NCBI RefSeq assembly: GCF_036971445.1
Contig: NC_091475.1
Location: forward strand, 80,042,001-80,106,000
Origin: Narcine bancroftii
Lineage: Eukaryota
Reading direction: 5' to 3'
Length of the DNA: 64,000 bases
A program made the position numbers and the translations under genes. Shown here in pieces: positions 1-10,906 of the stretch. The notes beneath the pieces are model-generated. The model saw only the letters and a program-made list of their open reading frames with translations. It searched no databases and was not told the DNA's origin. Each line of letters opens with the position of its first letter. Positions within the stretch are counted from its first letter, which is position 1.

Positions 1-110
1 AACCGGTGGAAAAGACAACCCCGGCGACGCCATCTGACACGGCTGCTCCACTGCTGCAACCATAAGATGTGGAGCTGGTTCTCCCTCTGTTAGTGTTGTG
101 TATTGCCACA
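1..110 (-). mobile_element. Fragment of a Gypsy LTR, truncated by the window edge
   Basis: gcgacgccatctgacacggctgctccactg...gtgtattgccaca resembles the LTR end at ~60400-60488 (cgacgccatttttgccacggctgctccgctg...gtgctgccataca) and ends in CA. Confidence 0.4.
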
Positions 111-2925
111 AGTTATCATTAAATCATATTCTTACAAAATTAAACTCCAATTTTACATGTCTATTTTTATTTTTCATTTTACTCAAACTCTAAAGAATTA
201 TGATCAGTGTAAACAAAAATTGGTCCATCAGCATTGCAAATGTATACCTCGAAATGCTGCAAACCCCATGCAATTGATAATAATTCTTTTTCAATAGTAG
301 AATAATAATTTTGATGTTCATTAAATTTCTTAGATATGCAAGCCAGTAGATGGTCAATATCATCACAATAACTCTTTTGTAATTAGCCTCCTGTAGCTCA
401 TCATTAGTATTGGCTGCTAAAGAAAATGGCTTTTCAGAGCCAAGTGAACTTAAGCACAGACCTGTGGATGTAAAATGGCTTTCAGTTCGTAAAATGTTTC
501 TTGACAAATGGTTGTCTAAATAAACTTTCACCCTTTTTCAGAAGGTTAGTCAAAGGAAGAACAATATCCACAACATTTTTAGAGCACTTTCTATAATACC
601 TTACCATTTCTAAAAAATCTCCTATTAGTTTTCTTACGCATGGGAATGGGAAACTCAGAAATCAACTCAACTTTTGCCTAGCAAGGTGCCAATTTTCCTT
701 GACCAACAACATAACCAAGATAAGTCATTATAGCATGGCATAATTCACTTTTAGCCAAATTAACAGTTAAGGTTTGCTTCTGAAAGTTTGTTGAACTATT
801 TTCCTAATGCAAACACACACGCTTCCCAGATGTCATTCCCAGTAACCAACTCATTAATATAAGCATCCGTATGCTCCAAAGCTTGAGTCACAAAATTGAT
901 TATCCTTTGGAATGTTCCTGGTGTATTCTTCATTCCAAATGGTAGAACATTGTATTCATAAAAACCTGATGGGGTTACAAATGCAGAAATTTCCCTAACT
1001 CTCTCTTTCTCTGTAAAGGGAACACACCAGTAACTTTTTAATAAGTCCATCTTCATAAGAAACTTAGTCTTTCCCACCTTGTCCACACAGTCATTCATCC
1101 TAGGGATAGGATAAGCATTTGTCTTTGTTACCACATTAATTTTTCTATATTCAGTGCAAAATCCAACCAGTCCAACTGATTTAGGCATCAGGACACAAGG
1201 TGAACTCCAATCTGAGATTGAACATCTAATAATATGTATTCTTTAACATGTATTCAATCTCTTGATCTACCAGCTTACACTTTTCAACATTCATTCATTA
1301 TGGATGTTGTTTGATAGGTTTTGCATATCCAACATCATGACAAACTATTGCAGTTCTCTAACGCACATCTGGAAACAAGTTCCTAAATTTTAAGATTAAC
1401 CATTTCATTTGTTCCTTTGCCTGGGGCTACAGATGAACCAACTTCTCATCTAAATTCTGCAAAATACTCAAATTAAACAGACAAACTGGACCAATGTTTT
1501 GTTTAAAGTGACCCTCATAAGAGTCAGCTTGTGTCATCTCATGATCCATAAACTCCTCAGTTTTATCCACAACCAATACCTCCGGTGAAGGCTGTTTGTT
1601 GCTAACATCCAAATTCTCATATGGTTTTAACATGTTGACATGGCAACTCTACAGGTTACGTTTCTAATCAGGTGTTTGAACTACATAGTTGACTTCATTC
1701 ACTTATTTCATACGGTCCTGAAAATTTTGCCCTAAGAGGATTAAAATTTATTGGGAACAGAATTAACACTTTATACCCTGGTTTAAAAATTTTCACTCAC
1801 TTTTTAAAAAATCATACCAGTCTTTCATTTTATCTTTGGCCGTTTTCAAATTCTCTTCAGCTATTTTATAGTCTTAATGCAAACAATCTTTAAACTTTGA
1901 AACACAGTCTAACAAGTTTAACTGCACATCCTTATTAACCCATTGTTCCTTCAGCAACATTAAAGGCCCTCTAACCTGATGTCCAAATACCAACTCAAAA
2001 GAACTAAAACCTAATGATTCTTTCTTTGGATTCTCTTACTGCAAACAAAAACAAATGTACACCCTCATCCCAGTTCTTATCATTCTCACAACAATGGGTC
2101 ATCATCAGTTTTTAAGGTTGAATGGAACCTCTCCAAGGCCCCAGTCCTGACATAAAATAACTCCCCTGGTCTAATTGGATCTCTTTAGGCAGGCCAAATA
2201 AAGTAAAAATTTTCATAAGAGCTCTCAACACAGTTCTAGTTTAAATATTTCTAAGTGGTAATGCTTCTGGAAACCTGGAGGCTGTACACAAGACAGTTAG
2301 CAAATACTGAATCCCTGGGCCAACACAATCCACAATAACTTTAGAAAACGGTTTGCCGAAAGCAGGAATGGGTTTTAAAGGAGCCACTGTGGGACCCTGA
2401 TAAGGTTTCCTCACAACCTGACAAGTGTGACAGGTCAAACAAAATGTCCCAACATGTTTTCTCAAACTAGGCCAATAAAATTGTTTGATAATTTTATAGA
2501 TAGTTTTCTTTACCCCAAGAGTGTGCTATGGGCCAAGGTTAAAATTTCATCCCTATAGGTTTTAGGAATTATAACCTGATGAATGACTGCCCATTCTTCA
2601 TTGGCAGGAATATCTCTACTTCCTCATCAACACACCTTCCTTGAAATAATATCCACCTGGCACTTCCTTAATTTCATCAGCAGGGAGAACCTTATCTCTC
2701 ACTTCAGTAAGATCGGGATCTCTGTTCTGCCTCTCTATAAACTCCTTTCAGGGTAATGACAAATCCTTTGGCAGCTCATTGTGACCTGATTGCTGTTGTG
2801 CACTATCACAGACTACTGTCCCTTCTAAATCATTCTATACAGCACCATCTTCACTGGCAAGCTATTTTCACCATAGCTTGCGATTCTGCACAAGCTGGAT
2901 ATTTATCAGAATCTGTCTTTGTTTC

Positions 2926-3233
2926 ATCTCTCTTCTCTTCTCTCTTTGGCTTGGCTTCGCGGACGAAGATTTATGGAGGGGGTCTGTCCACGACTGCTGC
3001 AGGCTCGTTGGTGACTGACAAGTCCGATGCGGGACAGGCAGGCAGGGTTGCAGCGGTTGCAAGGGAAAATTGGTTGGTTGGGGTTGGGTGTTGGGTTTTT
3101 CCTCCTTTGTCTTTTGTCAATGAGGTGGGCTCTGCGGTCTTCTTCAAAGGAGGTTGCTGCCCGCCGAACTCTGAGGCACCAAGATGCACGGTTGAAGGCG
3201 ATATCAGCCCACTGGCGGGGGTCAATGTGGCAG
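2926..3233 (-). mobile_element. RTE-clade LINE 3' fragment inserted in the Gmr1-like element
   Basis: Reverse complement matches the 3' ends of the copies at 8617-9596, 25829-27511 and 58431-59998, including the ccataaatcttcgtccgcgaagccaagcc tail. Confidence 0.9.
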
Positions 3234-4994
3234 TGACTGGCTTAATTGTCAACAGTATCGCAGGGACAACTTTACCCTCTGAAAAATAATTTCCTAATTA
3301 CAATGAAACACCATCCACTGGTAAACTTGATCTGATCCAAGTCCATTAACTAATTCTGATTTCAACATAATCTTGTCCAGAGGTATCAATTCTGAATCCC
3401 GCCCCAAACCACAAATCAAATTCATTTTGCCCATGGCTAACACCAGTATCTCAAAGCATTTTTACTGTCATCCATGTTAACCCTTCTTCTAACAAAACCT
3501 TACCCTCTGACAGAAAATATTTGATTCTTTCTCAGCAGGTCTAAAACCTTTTTTATTTCAATATTTTTCATCTCTTTCAATCAGGCATCCTAATGCTGCC
3601 TCCTTTTCTTTCTTTTTCTTCTATACAGGACATAACCAGGTTTCTTACAATAGTGCCAAAGTAGTCCTGAAGGTGTTTCCTTTACTTGGTTTCCTTCTTC
3701 TTTACCTCCAGCACTATTTCCCCATTTATTTCTAACTTACTTAGATATTCCATATTATCCTTTTCAAAAGGTCCACTGGGTACAAATCTAACCTTGTGAG
3801 TTAAAGCATACTCATCTGTTAATTTAGTAGACTCTTGCCAAGTTGCCATTCCCTTTTCATCTAAATGTGCTTTTGTCATTGGGAATGTACCTTTTTTTCC
3901 TTTTCTTTTTTTTATTGTAACATAGGTCTAAGTACTATTTGTATATGAGATTTGTTAATACTTATTTTATTGTTACGTACCTATGGAACATTTATTTGAT
4001 AAAACCAATAAAATATTGAAAAGGAAAGCACTTTTTAATTTCCTCAACTAATATCAACTCTTAGTCTGTTAGTGTCACCATTAATTTCTTTTGATGTGTA
4101 CCATCAGTCAAAGCCCGCAGCTTTATCATATGCAAAATCCATACAAGACTGGCTCACCAATTTTTTTCAAATTCATGAATTTTTGTCTATAAGCTTCTAG
4201 AACCAATTCATAAGCCTTAAGCACAGCTTGTTTACAGGATCACAATTAGTGGCTTGTTGAATTATAAGGCAGAGTAAGCCTGCTGGGCCTTCCCTTTAAT
4301 AACATTCTGTAACACGAGGAACCAATGATTTCTTGGCCATTTCAGACTCTTGGCAACTTCCTCAAAATATTTATCAATATGACTCCCATCAAATAGAAGA
4401 ACTTCCCTACTTATCATAAAACTCTCACAAGGACCATGAAATGAATCTTCCTCTCTCCTATTTCTTTCAATTTCCCTTTGTTTTTCTGCTTCCTCGGCTC
4501 TATGTTTTTCTCACTCTAGCTCCACTTTCTTTATCAAACTGCCTCTGCCTTTTGGCATCCTCCCTTTGTTTTTCTGCTTCTTCCCTTTTTACTCTTCTTC
4601 CCTTTGCCTTTCTGCTTCTTTCATCTGAATTCTTTCTAACTTATGCTGCCTTTGGTCTTTCTCAATTCTATATTTTTCTAACTCCATCTATCCCAGCCGT
4701 AACTGCTGCTCAGGAGATTACATTCAGGAAATTGTTTTAACTCCTCATCTTCAAACTTCCCCTCTTTTATCTAGTGTTCAGCTTCAATTCTTTAAATCTC
4801 AATTTTTTTTCATTGACAGATTTACCCTGCAACTTCCACCATTTGGGCTATAATCACTGACTCACACCTCTTCGCCTTCTGTAGATCTGCAGAGGTCAGC
4901 AATGCCAAAGGTTTATCTATATCCATTGCTGCTGATTCCATTAAATTCCTTTAATCAAACAAATAAAAAATCAATAAGCTCCAATTTTGGTTCT

Positions 4995-5012
4995 ATCCCA
5001 GACAATCCCCCA
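4995..5012 (-). promoter_or_regulatory. Primer-binding site, tRNA-Pro type
   Basis: Minus strand TGGGGGATTGTCTGGGAT, 3 nt after the LTR end; 15/18 match to the tRNA-Pro PBS TGGGGGCTCGTCCGGGAT. Confidence 0.75.
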
Positions 5013-5015
5013 ACT

Positions 5016-5952
5016 TGTTATGACATAGACCAGCAGCAATAGAAATTAACTCAGACAATGATATCTTCAAAACAATCATTTTTATTAATAACCATGTGCG
5101 TGAGTGATTACAGTTCAGGTATGATTCTGAAAAGTTAATTTCAAAGTTCAGTCTTATCTATCTTTTGTTTTGAGACTCCGAATCTTTAAACTGTTATTCA
5201 AAAGTAATTATTGGATTAGGTGAGGCACCAAATCATCAGATTTCTCAAAACTCACAAATTCTTGTAGAGTTGCTTTCAGAGAAATGTTTCTTCATAAGAA
5301 TAATTTTTCCCACAATTCCCCTCTCTTGCATGGAGGTGACAGAACTTGTGATTTCCATGATGATTCCACAAACTCAGGCAAGGGCTTTAGACAAAAATGA
5401 CCATTACAACGGCCACATAGCACTGGTTTCTCTTAACCAAAATATACAGTTCATGTGCCATCTTTTCCAAAGCCACATTGATTTTGTGTTCCTCCTTGAC
5501 AAGGAGAACCCAATAGCAGTCCCTTCTCATAGAATGTTGCTGGTTCATTATATTAAGGATGCTTTCTTGAAGTGTCATAATCACATGACATCACTACCGG
5601 CTCTGTTTGAAGTTTTCTTTCTTCAGAAACCACTTTTGGCAGATGGCCTCTTGTTTATTTGAACAGATGTCTTCTTAGCAAACATCTATAATTTCAAACT
5701 TTCATTGGAACACCCCAAATACCTTGCTGCTCTGAAGTAGTAGACAAGCTGTCTTTTTGAGCAAACAGGCTTTGAATGGAACAATAACACTAGGTTTATG
5801 GCTCTGTTTACAGCTTGGAAATAGGAGCCACGGCATCTCTTCAAAATGGCGTTTTGTGAGTTTGTCTTTGTGTGTGTTTCCCTTGTTTACCACCATGAAG
5901 TCTTTACTAATATATATCATAACCTAAAGATTAGTAGCATAATTCTGTAACA
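5016..5952 (-). repeat. 5' LTR of the minus-strand Gmr1-like element
   Basis: TGTTA...TAACA termini adjacent to the PBS; the right boundary is inferred from the terminal motif only. Confidence 0.6.
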
Positions 5953-6014
5953 CTAGTTTATACTTGCTCCATAATTGTTCTATGATACAAAACAAAACTG
6001 CACTTATTTGATCC

Positions 6015-9000
6015 AGTTTGTGTCCAGGAACAACAAATCTCTCTCTGAAAACCTTCCTGAGCGGTAACCATTTACCTTTCAAGCACCAAAGCCTGGTGAA
6101 CTTCATAATGTTAAATTCTGTGCATAGTATAAGAATTGCCTGCAAACAGTAAACTTGCAGGAATGAGATTGGACTGTGAATCAAATAACTTTTCTAAACT
6201 TACACACACATTACATACATGTGCTCTTAGAATTAGAAGGGGGTTAAGTTAGGTTAAAGTGTGATCCTGTTTTCATGTTTAAAGATAATTAAAAACAACT
6301 TTTGTTGAAGTATCTATTGATGCTGGGTTTTGGGGTCCTCTGGGCTCGTAACATTTTTGAGGGCTTATCCTTTCAGATTGAAAATTCGAGTTTGGGGATC
6401 TTAAACTTTTGGAGTTTTTGTGATTTATTAGTTAATTGGTTTTTCCAAGCTAATTTAAAGCTTGTGTGTGGAAAAACAGCAGCAATGGATGTTAGTATAC
6501 TTTTGTCAGAACCATTTTTGCAGAGCAAGAGAAAGAAGGAACTGATGGTTATTTCTAAGACATTAAAACTGACTGAAGTCAAACATTGGATGGGAAAAAT
6601 ACAAATACAGAGGATTATAGTGAAATATTACATAGGTGAGGGAAAATTTGTTGAGAAAGACAGAAAATTTTCCAGAGGATAGATCTTTTGAATTGCAATT
6701 GGAGTTGGAGCAACTGAGGGTGGAAGAAGAAAGAGAGAAACAGAGGGTGTTTGAGGCTGAGAAATAGAGGAGATATGAGGCAGAGGAAGTGGAAAAATGG
6801 AGGAAATATGAATTAGAGGTGGCTGAAAAATGGAGGGAGGAAAGTGAAAGGGACAGATGATTTCAATTAGAGAAGTTAAAAATTGAGATGGAGGGAGGTA
6901 GGAGAATTGAGGCTGCAACTCCTGGGGAGAGGTCTTTGACTATTAGAGAAGTAAATCAAGTTCCTCCTTTTGATGAGGGAGATATACATACTTTCAGCTT
7001 TTTTTAAAAGTTGCTGAGAGCTCATGATGGCCAAAAGAAAAATGGCCTCTTATGCTCCAAAGTGCATTGAAGGGAAAAGCACAAATTGCATACCCTAGTT
7101 TGACTACAGAGCAAGTGGCAAATTATGATACTCTTAAACAAGCAGTATTGAAAGCTTATAAGTTGGTTCCAGGAGCATATAGACAAAAATTTAGGAGTTT
7201 GGTGAAAACATGGAACCAGCCTTATATGGATTTTGCTCTGGGAAAATCTATGTTTTGACTGTTGGTGCACCCCAAAAGGAATAAATAATGATTTTGACAG
7301 ATTGAGAGAATTGATATTAATTGAGGAAATGAAAAGATGTGTTCCAAATGAGATTAAATTATACCTGAATGAGAGAGACATGAGGTCTTGGCAGCAAATG
7401 CCTAGGTTAGAGGATGAATTTGTCCTGATTCACAAAAAGAAATTTCAGACTATTAAGCATTTTCAGAGAGTTAATGTAGAACAGATTAATAAACCTGTTC
7501 ATAAGGTTAATGTGGAGCAGGATAGAAAGCCTGAAATTAAGTCTGGAGAGAATGTTAAGAGAAAAGATGAAGGTAAGGTGAGAAAGGACAGAATTTCTGG
7601 ATTTGTATGTCATTTTTGTAAGAAATCTGGTCATGTTATTGTGAATTGTCTAGTGTTGAAAAAGAGATGAGAGAAGAAGGTTTTACCAGAAGCATGTATT
7701 CAGACAGGTGAATTTAAGGAGAGCAGATGTTCCAAACCTGGTAAGGGTGTTATGGATGTTTTCAAACCTCTTGTGTCAGAGGGCTTGGTTTCAGTAAAGG
7801 AGGGAAAATCACAGGTTTCAGTTAAAATTGTTAGAGATATTGGGGCTGCTCAGTCACTGTTGTTGGAAAATGTTTTAACTCTTGATCAGAAAACTGACAC
7901 AGGGGAGACGACTTCGATTAAAGGTGTTGGAGGTGAGGTAGAGTCAATATCTCTTCACAACATAGTGCTGAATTCAGAATTAGTTAAAGGACCTGTGGTA
8001 GTAGGAGCAATTTCAAAGTTACCCATGCAGGGAGTCTCATTTTCATTGGGGAATAATTTGGCAGAGGATAAAGTTGGGCCAGTTTTGAGATAAACAAATT
8101 GGCCTGGTACGGATGAGGTTAAAGAGGATTGTGAGATATATCCTGCATGTGCTGTAACAAGGTCTTTGTCTAAGAAAATGATGAGAGCTGAAGAAGATCC
8201 AGATGATAGAGACTTTGGCCAGTGCTTCTGAAATAGTTTTGAAAGAGCAATGTAATTGTGAGAGTAAGGATTTCTCTTTGTCAAGGAAAGAGTTAATTAA
8301 GCAACAGAAAATAGATACAAATCTTATTGACTTAAGGGACAAAGCAGCAAGTGAACAGGAGATTAAAGAAATGGCTTGTGGATATTACTTGAAGGGTGAA
8401 TTATTGATGAGAAAATGGAGACCTCTTGATATTCCTGCTAATGAAGAGTGGGTGATGATTCATCAGGTGGTCGTTCCTAGAAATTGTTGGAATGAAATTT
8501 TAAATCTAGCCCACAGTAAACATTTGGGTGGTCATCTTTGTGTCAAGAAAACCATGAATAAGATTTTGAGACAATTTTTCTGGCCTGGTTTACAGGCCAG
8601 AAGGGAGTTACGTTAATAGTTGCCCATTCAGAGCCAGCTCTTCAGCGCTTGACGTCCTGTTTTGCGGAAACTACCAAAATGTTTGGCCTGGAAGTCAGCC
8701 TGAAGAAAATGGAGGTCCTCCATCAGCCAGCTCCCCACCATGACTACCAGCCACCCCACATCTCCATCGGGCACACAAAACACAAAACGGTCAACCAGTT
8801 TACCTATCTCGGCTGCACCATTTCATCAGATGCAAGGATCGACAACGAGATAGACAACAGACTCGCCAAGGCAAATAGCGCCTTTGGAAGACTACACAAA
8901 AGAGTCTGGAAAAACAACCAACTGAAAACCCTCACAAAGATAAGCGTATACAGAGCCGTTGTCATACCCACACTCCTGTTCGGCTCCGAATCATGGGTCC

Positions 9001-9714
9001 TCTACCGGCATCACCTACGGCTCCTAGAACGCTTCCACCAGCGTTGTCTCCGCTCCATCCTCTACATTCATTGGAGCACCTTCATCCCTAACATCGAAGT
9101 ACTCGAGATGGCAGAGGCCGACAGCATCGAGTCCACGCTGCTGAAGATCCAGCTGCACTGGGTGGGTCACGTCTCCAGAATGGAGGACCATCGCCTTCCC
9201 AACATCGTGTTATATGGCGAGCTCTCCACTGGCCACCGTGACAGAGGTGCACCAAAGAAGAGGTACAAGGACTGCCTAAAGAAATCTCTTGATTCCTGCC
9301 ACATTGACCACCGCCAGTGGGCTGATATCACCTCAAACTGTGCATCTTGGCGCCTCACAGTTCGGCGGGCAGCAACTTCCTTTGAAGAAGACCGCAGAGC
9401 TCACCTCACTGACAAAAGACAAAGGAGGAAAAACCCAACACCCAACCCCAACCAACCAATTTTCCCCTGCAACCGCTGCAACCGTGTCTGCCTGTCCCGC
9501 ATCGGACTTGTCAGCCACAATCGAGCCTGCAGCTGACGTGGACATTTACCCCTTCCATAAATCTTCATCCGCGAAGCCAAGCCAAAGAAGAAAGAATAAA
9601 GTGTGATCATGTTTTCATGTTTAAAAATAATTAAAAGCAACTTTTGTTTAAGTAATCATTTGTCTTGGTGAATATCTAATGCTGCTGGGTTTGGGGTTCT
9701 CTGGACTCATAACA
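6015..9714 (+). mobile_element. Second Gmr1-like Gypsy element, internally deleted (partial LTR, gag, PR, start of INT, LTR remnant)
   Basis: LTR end ...gggctcgtaaca at 6353 recurs as ...ggactcataaca at 9714; gag with SCAN-like region (VLKAYKLVPGAYRQKFR, RLRELILIEE), CHFCKKSGHVIVNC knuckle, protease VRDIGAAQS, integrase H..H motif (AHSKHLGGHL) to FFWPGL. Confidence 0.85.
8617..9596 (+). mobile_element. RTE-clade LINE, 5'-truncated, inserted in the 3' LTR remnant
   Basis: ORF 8649..9536 is the RT C-terminal part (FTYLGCTI..CNRCNRVCLSRIGLVSH); (GAA)-rich tail. Confidence 0.92.
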
Positions 9715-9926
9715 CTGGCAAGCTTCCTTCATGATTGCCTTGACATGATAGCCCCAGGATAGATCTTCAGAGAGGTTGACACCCAGGAATTTGAAGTTCT
9801 TAACCCTTTCCACTGCTGACCCCTCAAAGAGGACTGGTTTGTGTTCTCCTGATATCCCCCTCCTGAAGTCCACAATCAGTACCTTAGTTTTGCTAATGTT
9901 AGTAGTGTCTTGAGTGAAGTGGCATC

Positions 9927-10024
9927 ATGTCTGGCAGAGGGAATGGAGGCAAAGTGCTAAGCAAAAATGGAGCCAAGCAGCACCGTAAAGTGCATTACTA
10001 AATCAGCCATCTTCTGCCTGGCTC
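9927..10024 (+). pseudogene. H4: Histone H4 5' fragment (first ~39 codons, degenerate)
   Basis: ATG TCT GGC AGA GGG.. = MSGRGNGGKVLSKNGAKQHRKV (17/22 identical to H4 [22 protein letters not shown]); then ~20-nt deletion and ITKSAIFCLA (H4 ITKPAIRRLA) in another frame. Confidence 0.85.
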
Positions 10025-10342
10025 CTACCAGGAGACAAAAAAAATGGCTGGTGCAGACCAGGGAAGAGCAGGGAGTGGAGATACACGCACTTCTCCGCAG
10101 GCTTCTTCTAAAGGAGCGGATGTTAGTTTATTTTAAAATCCTGTGACTGTGGGATGTGGGCCCAAAATGGCAATGGCGGGCCTGTGTTCAGCAGTGGACT
10201 TGAGGGACTCCAGGGAAGCAGAGGACTGACATAAGGCACCAATAATGGGGACAACACGCTCATTTGAGAAGGAGAGGTAGAGAAGTTAATTCTGTGTGAC
10301 AGTGACCATGGCAACAGACCAGTAAGGAGCTTTGTGGCTGAA

Positions 10343-10906
10343 GAACACACAGGCTGTTGGCGACTCGAGGCAAGGAACCACACAGGCTGTGGGCGACTCG
10401 AGGCAAGGAACCACACAGGCTGTGGGCAATTCGAGGCAAGGAACCACACAGGCTGTGGGCGACTCGAGGCAAGGAACCACACAGGCTGTGGGCGACTCGA
10501 GGCAAGGTACCACACAGGCTGTGGGCGACTCGAGGCAAGGAACCACACAGGCTGTGGGCGACTCGAGGCAAGGAACCACACAGGCTGTGGGCGACTCTAG
10601 GCAAGGAACCACACAGGCTGTTGGCGACTCGAGGCAAGGAACCACACAGGCTGTTGGTGACTCGAGGCAAGGAACCACACAGGCTGTGGGCGACTCGAGG
10701 CAAGGGGCGACTCGAGGCAAGGAACCACACAGGCTGTGGGCGACTCGAGGCGACGAACCACACAGGCTGTGGGCGACTCGAGGCAAGGAACCACACAGGC
10801 TGTGGGCGACTCGAGGCGAGGAACCACACAGGCTGTGGGCGACTCGAGGCGAGGAACCACACAGGCTGTGGACGACTCGAGGCAAGGAACCACACAGGCT
10901 GTGGGC
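10343..10906. repeat. 33-bp minisatellite, ~17 units
   Basis: Tandem GGCAAGGAACCACACAGGCTGTGGGCGACTCGA with point variants and one shortened unit near 10700. Confidence 0.97.

Larger units (their letters stand above)
111..5952 (-). mobile_element. Decayed Gmr1-like Ty3/Gypsy LTR retrotransposon (gag-PR-INT-RT-RH order)
   Basis: Minus-strand order: LTR, PBS, gag (~4925-3640), protease remnant (~3450), integrase (ORF 2241..2465 TCHTCQVV..PFSKVIVDCVGP), RT (ORF 796..1188 MDLLKSYW..YNVLPFGMKN), RNase H remnant (~550-230); many stops and frameshifts. Confidence 0.85.

Noticed and set aside
9927-10001. Functional histone H4 gene or H4-tail micropeptide
   Set aside because: Frameshifting deletion, stop after 24 codons, no histone fold or 3' stem-loop, and no evidence of expression
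10343-10906. CRISPR-like array of 33-bp repeats
   Set aside because: Head-to-tail repeats with no unique spacers, no cas genes, vertebrate context
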